DNA of 63,999 bases, filler included, from Craspedostauros australis (Eukaryota), in assembly GCA_030167865.1 (NCBI GenBank). It is 7 parts of 7 records of this genome, joined end to end, with 100 filler letters (N's around TTAATTAATTAA, not from the genome) between each part and the next. Parts side by side here need not be neighbours in the genome. Positions count along the whole stretch, not along the records: positions 1 to 10,390 come from JALAGF010003414.1; 6 more parts are not named here. One strand, written 5' to 3'. Under the pieces are notes generated by a model. That model had not been told where the DNA came from and searched no databases. It saw nothing but the letters and a program-made list of their open reading frames with translations. Every line of letters starts with the position of its first letter. The stretch's first letter is position 1. The position numbers and the translations under genes are program-made. Positions 1 through 10,490 of the stretch are shown piece by piece.

Positions 1-2
1 CG

Positions 3-3000
3 TCCGGCGAAACCGCAAGCACCGTCTCCATCCTCATCTCGGGCGAGGAAACAACCTTCCTGGGTTACGATGACTTGCACGATCGAGCCTACCAGTATCT
101 GCAAAGAACGTACAACATCTTGGACAACCATGGCAATCACCACCGCCACGTCCACTTCCCGTTCGGCCAGTCGCTCTTCACCTATTCCATCTCCGTCTAT
201 CCCACCGACGATCTCCGGAGCTTCTACGTCGACCACGTCCCCTACACGACGTCCTTATCCATCCTCCTCTTCTTCATCATCTTCATCGGCGCATCCTCGC
301 AATACGACGTTCACGTCCAGGAACGCCTCAAGCGGGCACTCAAGAAGTCCAAGGCCGACCAGCGCATCGTCAACCAGATCTTCCCCAAGCAATTCAGAAA
401 GCGGCTACTGCACAAGCCCAAGCTGAACGCCAAGCTGGTGGCAGGTCAAGGTGGTGCCATGGCCCTGTCCTCCATGCACAACGAGCTCTCCAAGTCCACG
501 CATCACAAGATGGAACGCCGCGGCAGCCTCAACTCCATGGCGTCTCGCAAGAAGAAGAAGAAGTACCTCACATTGGATTCGGATCACGGCGTGCGGGTCA
601 AAAGCGGTAGCATCATGGGCAACAACCGTGGCAACAACGAAGGTCTCAACACATCCCTGCATCCCAAGGATCAACTCAAGAACTTCCTGCAAGACGTGCC
701 CTCCACCGAATTCATGCTCGACGATAACGATGACGACGGTCTGGAGGATCACCGCAGCAGGGGCTCTTCGGACCCAGCGGCATCGCACACCAGCCAGGGT
801 GGTAACACTGCCAGCAACACGGGTCTGTCACAGCAGGAGATCATGGAGATCCTTTCGATCCAACCCATCGCCGACTACTTCCCCGCCTGCACCGTGCTCT
901 TTGCCGACGTCACGGGATTCTCAGCCTGGAGTTCCGAACGCGAACCAGAGCACGTCTTCATCTTGCTGGAAACGCTCTTCCAATCCATGGACCGCATCGC
1001 TCGGCGGCGTCGTGTTTTCAAGGTCGAAACAGTCGGCGACTCCTACATGGCCGTCACTGGTTTGCCAGATCCGCAGGCCGACCATGCCGTGCGCATGGCG
1101 CGGTTTGCGAGGGATTGCATGACGCACGTCCATCAGGAAACGAAGCAGTTGGAGAGTTCCTTGGGTCCCGACACTGGGGAGCTGCGATTGCGAATCGGAA
1201 TGCACAGCGGTCCTGTTACGGCGGGCGTGCTGCGTGGTGCCAAGTCGCGATTCCAGCTCTTCGGCGACACCGTCAACACCGCCGCACGCATGGAGTCCAC
1301 CTCCTTGAGCAACCGCATCCAAATCTCAGAGTCGACGGCGAACTTGCTCAAGGGTGGCGGCAAGGCGGTCTGGATCAAACCACGTACGGACGTCGTGCAC
1401 GCGAAGGGGAAGGGAGACTTGCAGACGTACTGGCTGGCCTTACAGCAGCGCACCTCGAGCGGCGATGCCACAGTCTCCAGCAACACCGGATCCACAGGCA
1501 GGGGCAACCTGAAGGCCAGCAGGCCCAGGAGACGAACCGACAGCTCCGGCAGCGTGAATTCGTTCGTCGAGAGCAGCGGCACCATGTCCGTTTCCTCCGG
1601 GTCGATCTCCACGACGGACTCCAGCTTGCATTCGACCGACGACCACACCCACAGCGATATCGAGGCCGCCACGTTCGCGCGCAGCTACAGCCAGCCGCAG
1701 GAATCATTCCATAACGTGGCCAAGAATTCCAGAATGATTGACTGGCTGTCCGATATCATGATATCGTACATCAAGAAGATCGAAGCGCAACGTCGTGATT
1801 ACATGATCGCACGGCACAACCACGAGACCACATCGTCAACTTCTGGTGCGCACCCGTTGGAGGTCCTGCAGCCGCTCGGGCGCCCCGATCACTGTCTCCC
1901 AACCAAGGACATGGTGTTGGATGAAGTCGTGGAGACCTTCACCTTCATGCCGACTGCACACAACATCATCCGGACTCGCACCGACCCGGAATCCATCCGT
2001 CTGAGCGACGCCGTGATTGACCAGGTCCGCGATTTCGTGCGTGCCATCTCGATGCTGTATCGTCAGAATCCCTTCCACAACTTCGACCACTGCAGCCATG
2101 TCACGCAATCGGCGACCAAACTGCTGAAGCGGATCGTCAACCCCAAACGCCATCAGCAAGGCAAACACATGCGGCAAAATGCAAATGGTGACATCGATTC
2201 TGTCGATGACGGCACCGAGTTGAAGGACCAGCGCAATTTGCACCATCAGACGCATGGCATCGCGGCGGATGCCTTGGCGCAGTTCGCCGTCGTCTTCTGC
2301 AGTTTGATCCACGATGTGGATCACCCCGGTGTTCCCAATGCGCAGATGTCCATTGAAAACCCAGCCTTGGGTCAGCGATACAAGAACCAAAGCGTGGCCG
2401 AACAAAACTCGGTGGACATTGCATGGGATCTGTTGATGCAATCCGAATTCACGCAGCTGCAACGGTGCATCTTCAGCAATCAGATGGAGTTGAAGCGATT
2501 CCGACAGTACGTCGTCAACATGGTCATGGCGACGGATATCTTCAATCCAGTAATGAAGAGCTTGCGAAACGAACGGTGGTATCGAGTGTTCCCTGCGTCC
2601 GATGAAAGCAATGGAGATGGTGGCAACGATGCCAATGCGAATGCGAATGTGACTGTGGCCACAGCCTCGGATGATGCGCAGAACAGTGTCGTGAGCGCGA
2701 ACAGCAGCAACGCCAACCAGGCAACATCTGTGTCGTCGCAAGGCAAGCAGTTGGAGAAGCAACAGTCTGATGTCAGCAGCAAAAAAGATACGAAGAATAC
2801 ATCGCGCAAGGCCACGATTGTTCTGGAGCACATCATCCAGGCAGCCGATGTCAGTCACACCATGCAGCATTGGAACGTCTACAAGAAGTGGAATGAACGC
2901 CTGTTCCGCGAAATGTACCACGCCTACAGAGACGGACGGGCGCAGCGCGATCCATCGGAGGGTTGGTACAAGGGTGAACTGTGGTTCTTTGACAACTACA

Positions 3001-4799
3001 TTATCCCGCTGGCGCAAAAGCTGGAGCGATGTGGTGTGTTCGGCGTGAGTTCCGACGAATGCCTTATCTACGCTCTTGAGAATCGCAAGGAATGGGCGAT
3101 GAAGGGAGAAAAGATCGTGGAGGACATGATGGCCACATTGAAGGAACCCGAGTCGGCCCCTCCTCCCATCAAGATCGCTGGGTATGACTTGTCAGATGTG
3201 AAGACCCTGGAAACAGACAAGCTCGTGAAGTCCATCAAGGATCTCATTCGCCGCGGCCGTTACCTGGGAACCTTCAAATCCGAGGGCAAGAAGGACGGGC
3301 AGATCCGTGCAGCCAAGAGCTGGATGGAGGCGTTGCATCTTCACGAAACGTGCCCTTCCAGCAAGGGCATCATGGACCTGTCCATAGTGCTGCCCATCTA
3401 CTCAGGGATCCTCGTTTTCCTCAAGGCCGGGGCGTTAGTGCAAGATCCCACAGGGAACTTCGAGTGGAACATGGTCTCGCGTTTCGTCAAGGAGGCGAAG
3501 CGAGATGGCAGCACCGTGCACATCGCTCGCGCATTGGCGGCACAGTGCGAATCCATGGCTCGGCGCGGGGACTACATTTCGGCACTGAATACATTCAAGA
3601 GCCTGACCGTGATCTACGATCCAAGGGAGCATTCGGCGGCGATCAGCAAGATCTACGGAACGGACCGCGCAGCGCAGGCATACTCGCAGCGGGCACTGTG
3701 GTTGGATGCCATCGGAGAGACGAACGGCAGCATATCCGCCTGTCACATTGTCCTCAAGGACATTCTTCCTCACATGGACCCCAAAAACGTGCTCAACACA
3801 TTCGAGTTGCTTTATCCAGTGCTTTCCATCCTCAAGAAGCACGGCGCAGCCGCACAGGTCCGCGATGTGTTCTCCAGAAGCGTCGTCGACAACTTTGCCA
3901 GCCACAAGCTCATGACGTCGATGTGCCGCCCGATGTTCCTTCCCATCCTCATGGCGTTGGATCTCTCATCTCCGGATCCGCAAGAAGTGAACGACCGGGC
4001 AGCGGACATCCTGGAATACCTGATCATCAAGATGAACAGCAGAGCCGACGGCGACGGCAAGGACGCCGCCGACGAGACTGCTGTTGTCCCAAATGGAAGC
4101 CTGCGCATCGATCCATTCTTGGACAGGCTCTACGGACGGCTGGGATGGTCTCCGAACTCCATCATGACAGAGCTCTGCCTTAAGGTCGCCAAGTATCTGA
4201 TATCGATCCGCCCGTCATCGACGCCGCCTCCTACCACTCCACAAGTGGCGATGCACGACTCAAGCAAGAGCGAGGGGCTCACCGCTCCCGTCACAAGCGA
4301 TTCCAGCGACAGCAACGCAAGTCAAGAACATGGGGCGCCTGATGGTTCTCGTCCAACACCCAACACCGCGAGCAACGAACGCAACGAACGCAACGAAGAG
4401 CTGATCCAGATCCTTCTGAAGCGTGCACTCGCCTTGTCGCGGTTGGTGGAGAAGGAGCACAAGCAGCACGTCCCGTTTCCCAAATCAAGCGGAACTGGCA
4501 CCGATACATCCAAGGCAGCCAGCAGCAAGAAAAACCACGAGAACGGCCCGAACACGAACTTTTCGATTGCGTACAAGTTCCATCGGCCGATCATGAAGGA
4601 TCTGTACGCAGTGGCGAGGCAGGAGATGGGAGATATGGCTTGGCAGGAATACAGCGATGGCGATGAGCCGGTCGCCGCACCAGCAGCGGCAGCAGCGCCA
4701 TCGGTAGCAGCCGAAGATGCGGCGTCCTCATCGATGGATCCGCATTACGCAATCGAATGCGCCCTTGGCGTGTTACGTCTTCGAAGTCTGACTGAGTAG
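3..4799 (+). CDS. Membrane class III (guanylate-type) cyclase - class I cyclic-nucleotide phosphodiesterase fusion with C-terminal TPR-like domain (5' partial)
   Basis: Frame is open from base 3. It has a TM helix (LSILLFFIIFIGA), cyclase motifs (TVLFADVTGF, FKVETVGDSY, GMHSGPVTAGV, RFQLFGDTVNTAARMES) and PDE motifs (YRQNPFHNFDH, IHDVDHPG, MATDI, QAADVSH). A helical region with IYDPREHSAAISKIYGTD follows. Confidence 0.9.
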   Translation, partial: SGETASTVSILISGEETTFLGYDDLHDRAYQYLQRTYNILDNHGNHHRHVHFPFGQSLFTYSISVYPTDDLRSFYVDHVPYTTSLSILLFFIIFIGASSQYDVHVQERLKRALKKSKADQRIVNQIFPKQFRKRLLHKPKLNAKLVAGQGGAMALSSMHNELSKSTHHKMERRGSLNSMASRKKKKKYLTLDSDHGVRVKSGSIMGNNRGNNEGLNTSLHPKDQLKNFLQDVPSTEFMLDDNDDDGLEDHRSRGSSDPAASHTSQGGNTASNTGLSQQEIMEILSIQPIADYFPACTVLFADVTGFSAWSSEREPEHVFILLETLFQSMDRIARRRRVFKVETVGDSYMAVTGLPDPQADHAVRMARFARDCMTHVHQETKQLESSLGPDTGELRLRIGMHSGPVTAGVLRGAKSRFQLFGDTVNTAARMESTSLSNRIQISESTANLLKGGGKAVWIKPRTDVVHAKGKGDLQTYWLALQQRTSSGDATVSSNTGSTGRGNLKASRPRRRTDSSGSVNSFVESSGTMSVSSGSISTTDSSLHSTDDHTHSDIEAATFARSYSQPQESFHNVAKNSRMIDWLSDIMISYIKKIEAQRRDYMIARHNHETTSSTSGAHPLEVLQPLGRPDHCLPTKDMVLDEVVETFTFMPTAHNIIRTRTDPESIRLSDAVIDQVRDFVRAISMLYRQNPFHNFDHCSHVTQSATKLLKRIVNPKRHQQGKHMRQNANGDIDSVDDGTELKDQRNLHHQTHGIAADALAQFAVVFCSLIHDVDHPGVPNAQMSIENPALGQRYKNQSVAEQNSVDIAWDLLMQSEFTQLQRCIFSNQMELKRFRQYVVNMVMATDIFNPVMKSLRNERWYRVFPASDESNGDGGNDANANANVTVATASDDAQNSVVSANSSNANQATSVSSQGKQLEKQQSDVSSKKDTKNTSRKATIVLEHIIQAADVSHTMQHWNVYKKWNERLFREMYHAYRDGRAQRDPSEGWYKGELWFFDNYIIPLAQKLERCGVFGVSSDECLIYALENRKEWAMKGEKIVEDMMATLKEPESAPPPIKIAGYDLSDVKTLETDKLVKSIKDLIRRGRYLGTFKSEGKKDGQIRAAKSWMEALHLHETCPSSKGIMDLSIVLPIYSGILVFLKAGALVQDPTGNFEWNMVSRFVKEAKRDGSTVHIARALAAQCESMARRGDYISALNTFKSLTVIYDPREHSAAISKIYGTDRAAQAYSQRALWLDAIGETNGSISACHIVLKDILPHMDPKNVLNTFELLYPVLSILKKHGAAAQVRDVFSRSVVDNFASHKLMTSMCRPMFLPILMALDLSSPDPQEVNDRAADILEYLIIKMNSRADGDGKDAADETAVVPNGSLRIDPFLDRLYGRLGWSPNSIMTELCLKVAKYLISIRPSSTPPPTTPQVAMHDSSKSEGLTAPVTSDSSDSNASQEHGAPDGSRPTPNTASNERNERNEELIQILLKRALALSRLVEKEHKQHVPFPKSSGTGTDTSKAASSKKNHENGPNTNFSIAYKFHRPIMKDLYAVARQEMGDMAWQEYSDGDEPVAAPAAAAAPSVAAEDAASSSMDPHYAIECALGVLRLRSLTE

Positions 4800-4949
4800 A
4801 TCACTACGGCCACGAACGTACGAGTAGAGTACACAGGGCACAATACTTGCAGTCGGTGGAGACTATGGGGAAAGTATGACACATCAACTTAGAATGTTGA
4901 AAGATCCTTTTGACATTATCCCTTTACGACCGGAACTTAACGCCCATAT

Positions 4950-5567
4950 CCCTAATGAGTTTTTTGCTGACAAATTTGGCACATGTGCCAAATTTGTCAC
5001 TTCTTTTGGGTTCGCATCAACAGCGCATGTTGGCCTCCACGTGTAGGTGGCAAGATCGCATGCCAGACCAACATGGTCCTCCAGTGTGGTGGCTTCTCTC
5101 ATTGTTTAACTGGAACCTTCTGGTGCAGGCAATTTCCGCTGCAAACAAGGCCACATAAAGAATTCAGAACCCTAAGGACATACCCCATAAATGAAATATT
5201 TATCAACAAGCCGGAACGCTTCGTGCATAGACACTGTTGAAAGACAATGATTGGATGAAAATCACAGACTTCGCTTGGAAATAGCACTGAANNNNNNNNN
5301 NNNNNNNNNNNNNNNNNNNNNNNNNNNNNNNNNNNCAACAGAAGCACAAACGCCAATCCTGGAGAAACAACAATCAAGAGTTTTGAGGACACAAAAGCGC
5401 CTCTCCGCGATAACGCTGTGTGAAAGTCGAAAAAACATTATCAGTACCACCTCAGCTGGCCGATGCGAACACACAGGATGTGACAAATGTGGCACATCGA
5501 TCCAAATTTGTCACATCGATGTGAAGTGCCAAATTTGTCACATCGGGGGCCCAAAATCTCATTAGGG
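4950..5567. mobile_element. Non-autonomous DNA transposon/MITE with CCCTAATGAG termini and ATAT flanks (piggyBac-like); contains an N gap at 5292-5335
   Basis: atat-CCCTAATGAG (4946-4959) is the reverse complement of CTCATTAGGG-atat (5558-5571). TGACAAATTTGGCAC-type subterminal repeats occur at both ends. Confidence 0.75.
4968..4999. repeat. Perfect 32-bp palindrome TGACAAATTTGGCACA|TGTGCCAAATTTGTCA
   Basis: Read directly from the sequence. Confidence 0.95.
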
Positions 5568-5711
5568 ATATCCACAATGATTTTGGCCGGGTGCTGGAAC
5601 GCCCAACATTTTGTCCGATTTTCACTTTTCTAACTCGTGACTTAACATACCGTGACTTAAAACGCAGCATTGAGACAGAAAAGTGAATCGGCCGAAATCC
5701 TGAAAAGCGTA

Positions 5712-6688
5712 CCTAGTGCCTCAAAGAGCCGGCTGTAACCAATTTTTTTGGTTACAGTTGGTTACAAGAAAAATGTCGTGTAGATCGTGGTACACGTTCT
5801 ACGTAAGTCCCGAACAAAAAGAGGCCAAAAACAGCATCAACCAAAGTTAAACTCTCCGGACTTAGCTCGTATAAGCCATCCTGTACTCATACTTCCAATA
5901 TGGCATCATATGACGTTTATATATACAATCCTAAAGTTTGGTGTCTGTTGCTCTCTTGCTCGGTGAGCACTGATGCCATTCATCAAGCACCCCCATCATT
6001 CACGGACGTTTTTGGCTTCTGATTGCCATGTTTTCTTATTCTGATTGGTCCAAAGAAGTGTTCCAACCATCGCTGACGTCACGATGACGCAGGTGTTGGA
6101 ACCAGATTTCTCCAAACTTGCCACCGAAATTGGGGATCCGAGTGGTCAAATATCATTCCGACCTCCATGGGAGCACTAAACGCAAGCATACCACCATACC
6201 ATCGCACTCAAACAACATATATACCATATGGTCGTGACCGCCTTAGAGATAGGATTCTTAAATGATATCTATTGTACAGATTGAGCCAAAGACCGCTAAG
6301 TCCGGAGACTTCAAAGATGGAGAGTCGAATTTCTCGAAGAATAGAGGCATGATCCTACCGGACTCCTGTAGAATTCTACGTGTAACCAACTGTAACCAAC
6401 GAGATCCAAAAAAATACCGGTCTGTCCGTCGTCCGAAGGCAAAACCACACCAATGGGGTCAACAAACACTAAAAGATCGACTAGATAGTAGTAACAACAA
6501 GATAATGTTATTACTTGCCTGGATAGCCCTGGCTCTTAAGTTTATGTAGATGCAAAGAGATATTCGATTGAGCGTCTACAGATTCAAGTCTGAGATCGGG
6601 AAAAATGGATCCAAAATCTGTAACCAATTGTGACCAATTGTAACCAATTGTAACCAATTTTTGGGGTCCGGCTCTTTGAGGCACTAGG
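5712..6688. mobile_element. MITE-like element with 21-bp terminal inverted repeats (possibly hAT-type TAGTG ends)
   Basis: CCTAGTGCCTCAAAGAGCCGG (5712-5732) matches CCGGCTCTTTGAGGCACTAGG (6668-6688) in inverted orientation. TGTAACCAA(T) subterminal repeats lie at ~5735-5765, ~6381-6399 and ~6619-6660. No convincing ORF and no clear TSD. Confidence 0.75.
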
Positions 6689-6737
6689 GTTACGCTATTG
6701 CATTTCAATTGTAGTTGGTTCAGGTCCAAAACGAGAG

Positions 6738-6830
6738 ACCGGACAAACCGGACAGAGCGGACAAAATAAAACGGACAGAATAGATAGACCGGACAAAATT
6801 AACGAACTCAGCGGACATACTTAACGGATA
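6738..6830. repeat. Cluster of CGGACA(A) short direct repeats, probably the subterminal region of another element
   Basis: ccggacaaaccggacagagcggacaaaataaaacggacaga...ccggacaaaa...gcggacata. Confidence 0.5.
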
Positions 6831-6999
6831 GTACACGCAAACCGACACTAAAGAAGGTTGGCGCGACAACGCACGATGAATCAAATGGAAGAAACACCGC
6901 GAGTGTCTGGGTTGAGTGTGGAGAACGACCTCCGGCCAGTATTGTTGGTTGATACAATTTGTACGTGGAAAGTAGATAGCAAAAGCTGTGAAGAGTGAT

Positions 7000-9300
7000 G
7001 CTTGTTGGAAATCTGGGGTAACCTAGTCTCTAGTAGTAGTCTCTGGTTACCTATTCCTGTTCTTGAATTGTTGGAACTGTGAGAACAACATCTTCATCTC
7101 TTGCATCTTCAAATCCATTGCCCATGATAATAGCAGTAGCACCCTGTAGTTGCTCTTGTATTCATCATTGCAAAGCTTGTTCATCATGCACATCTCCTCA
7201 TGTATTCCAGGTGTATTTGATCATGCTCACCAGTAGAGTTTTCTCTACATTCCTGCGGTACATGCATGCTGATGCCAAGTTTCATTGGCAGTGTCTCTCT
7301 CTTTTGGATCGATGACATCACTCAATTGTCCAATGCACTCTTTCATGCTGTTCACTCACTTTTGTCACATGGTCACGGATGGTCACGTTTGGATCAGACC
7401 GTGATGTTCTGGCACGATCGACTCATTCCTTCGATGATGTTCCAGTCCGCGCTTTATTCTCCTTCATGGTTCATTCACACTCACAGGATCATGTTCTGAG
7501 TTCTGAATGACAAAACAGTGATAGCACTGTCACATAGATGTTGGTTCATCGGTCACTTGTCATGTTCAGAACTATCAACATCTAGATCGAAGTTAGGTAG
7601 CATCTCCCATGACTGAAACGTAATTCGACTTGATTTGAGAGTATAGTCAGATGAGTCTTGGTGATGCGACGATGTTCAGCCACTACTGTCATCGAATCTG
7701 ACGTAGGCACTGACATCATCGATGACATCAGAGGGTCAGTCATAGTGATCCCAGGAATCGAGATTCTATTTTAACCATGGTATGCTGACTTGTCTAGCAA
7801 AGCCAAGTGCATCATCGAGTACGTGGCAACAACATTTAGAATACAGATCGACGTCATCAGAGATGATGCATGCATCTTGTTGACATCGACGGGTCGAGAT
7901 ATATGCAGATCAGACAGAGATCAAGATTAGGCAAGACCAGGAGAGATGAAGAAAGACCCAAGAGCAGGAATAACACGAGATATTGTGTAGATCAACATGC
8001 CATCTTGGGCAATGTTTTAGGAAGACTGCAAAATGAACCATGGTGTAATCATGCAGCACATTAGAAACCCATGCAATAGGCAGCATCTTTAGAATGATGG
8101 GATCTTGTTCTCATAATACAAGCCAATCATCAATTGAATACACCAACTAACTTAGCAACTATATCACCAAACATTCCAACCATTCCAGCTTCACCTGACA
8201 GATTGATCACCCTGGCGGAGGAGTAAGTGCAGTGATTGGTGCCCTGTCCTGTATTGAATTGCTGATTATCAAGAACACTTAGCATGCCAGTCTCCCTTTT
8301 TCATCCATTGTTCGCCATATTTGTCTGTCTGTCATCACACTCATGACATACCTGTTGTCTGTCTGTCACTTGTCACGTGTTGATATACAGGAGGACAGGC
8401 TACAACATATTCAGGAGTGTGTCCGTCTTTGATAGATTGACTAGTCTATTTTTGGTATTATGGGAGGTGCGGCAATAATAGGTTGTGAATAATCGGGTGT
8501 TCTGAACCACATAATTGCCGCACCTCCCAGGCATGTGGAGCCGAGCGTCATGACACGATATATTACCGCACCTCCCACTTTGGATCTTTGTGACACCAAA
8601 ATTGTGAGCTGCACGTGTTTTGAAGTGAAGAACGCCACGTGCCGAATGCGAACCGGTTCGTGACGTTCTTGACCTCAATACAGGAATGGGAGTCACACGT
8701 GTATATCGCAGGGGGCGGCGATGTTGGATTCGTGACCAGCATCACGATACACACGACTACGGCCCCCATGTTGCAACGAACAAGAAAAGAGTATTCGAGA
8801 CAGGCCGGCGTCACGAAGTATGAAATGGCTTGTGAACGAGTCCCTGACAACAAACTGGTGAATGGTCGGAGAGGATCGGAGATTGTCTCAGGATGAGAAG
8901 TTGCAGGAGCAATCGTCCAAGCTGTTCTTCTGAAACATGGAAACTGTGATCTGATCGAACAGAACGAGTCAGGTGACACCTGTGATTCAGCGATGCCTAT
9001 GCTAACAAAACTATTGGAGGCAAGACAATGTAATGAGTGCACAGACATGGGCAACTTGGTAGTGCATGCATGTTCATGATTAATTCGAGATGAATGCAAG
9101 ATGGATGCATGCTTGACTAGTAGATGGACCCATGGAGATCTCAGGAGGAGATCGAACTTTGGAAGTTGAGAGCAATGAAGAGCTCACAGTTCAGAGAAGT
9201 AGATTCTAACAAACAATTAGCTTTCTACTATCATCACCACCCCGGATTTCCAACAATGGGTATCACGACAAAGTTGCACCCTCGATTCCTGACATACGCA
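7000..9300. mobile_element. Degenerate, CpG-depleted repeat/TE-derived sequence
   Basis: No intact ORF. About 3 CpG in 7081-7380 and 1 in 7981-8220, against about 7 in the first 60 bp of the window. Lies next to a copia RNase H remnant. Confidence 0.5.
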
Positions 9301-9310
9301 ACACTACAGA

Positions 9311-9860
9311 TTGAAGATCCATCCAGCACGTCCAGACAACGACGGCTGGGACATGGAGCTCTTCTGTGATAGCGAATATGCAGGAGACAAGGACATGAGA
9401 ATCAGTGTGGGAGGGTTCATCCTATACCTATGCAAGGTGCCAATCCTATGGCGATCCAAGGCACAGAAGGCTGTGACACTCAGCTCATCCAAAGCAGAAT
9501 ACATTGCGCTTTCCGAATCGGAAAAGGAGATCTTCTTCATCATGCAGATACTCAAGAGTGTGGGCATCCCAGTGAAGACACCGATCAAGGTCCGCATGGA
9601 CAACATTGGAGCGATCCTCATCGCCAAGAACCCATCGACATCCCAACAATCGCGGCACATCGACGTGTGTCATCACTGCGTGCGGAATATGGTAATCAAC
9701 AAGACCATCGAAATCATTTTCGTCAAATCCGAGCAGAACACAAGCGACAGATTCACCAAGAACATCAAGGCCGACTTACAACGTGAACATGAGAAGTCGG
9801 ACCTTGATACATTGAGAACATTTGAGTGACCGAATGTATACAGGAAGGGTTTCGGGGATG
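9311..9860 (+). mobile_element. Ty1/copia retrotransposon remnant: RNase H domain followed by a polypurine-tract-like AGGAAGGG
   Basis: CDSEYAGDKDMRISVGG, ILWRSKAQKAVTLSSSKAEY, MDNIGAI, SRHIDV and NTSDRFTKN match the copia RNase H consensus, with inactivating substitutions. Confidence 0.88.
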
Positions 9861-10390
9861 TGCGTATGTGTATGTGCATCGTTCACCCGCTATTCTCTTA
9901 TACTCAGTTGAAGTTGGATTTTCGTGTGCTGTTGTGACACGATCCGGAAGGGATGGCCTAGCTGACTACCAGATTCAAGGAATCTGATGATGAAGTCAAC
10001 GTGAGGCGACCGTCTGGAGATTAGTAGTATGTGGCAATGAAGTAGATTAGTGTTGTAGTGCTGATCTTGAGTTGTGCTATTTGTTATTTGAATAGTCTGC
10101 ATTGTGAGTTGATCAGATTGAGATGCAGGATGAAGAGACGATGGTCAGTCTGAATGGTGCGGCTCTGCACTGACCTTCAGAGGTTCAGTGCTGAGGGCGG
10201 ACGGGTCCTCTCTTCCTCTCTTTCTCCAGTATCTCATCGTAGTAGTTCTACGTTCGAGTACTAAGCCTTGACACCTTGATTGAGGTTGAAATCGAGAACA
10301 CAGGTTGTCAGGCCGAGGGAATTGATGTAAGATTCCCTGCATGTGTTGAAGCAGGGAGGATCTCTTGGCTGTTGTCATGCAAGGTTGTCA

Positions 10391-10490
10391 NNNNNNNNNN
10401 NNNNNNNNNNNNNNNNNNNNNNNNNNNNNNNNNNTTAATTAATTAANNNNNNNNNNNNNNNNNNNNNNNNNNNNNNNNNNNNNNNNNNNN
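10391..10490. other. Artificial contig linker N44-TTAATTAATTAA-N44 (also 18868-18967, 32665-32764, 37576-37675, 59168-59267, 62889-62988)
   Basis: The same 100-nt all-frame-stop linker occurs six times. Confidence 0.97.

Noticed and set aside
10435..10446. Recurrent TTAATTAATTAA as a biological motif or piggyBac target
   Set aside because: It is always embedded in N44 runs, so it is an all-frame-stop assembly spacer.
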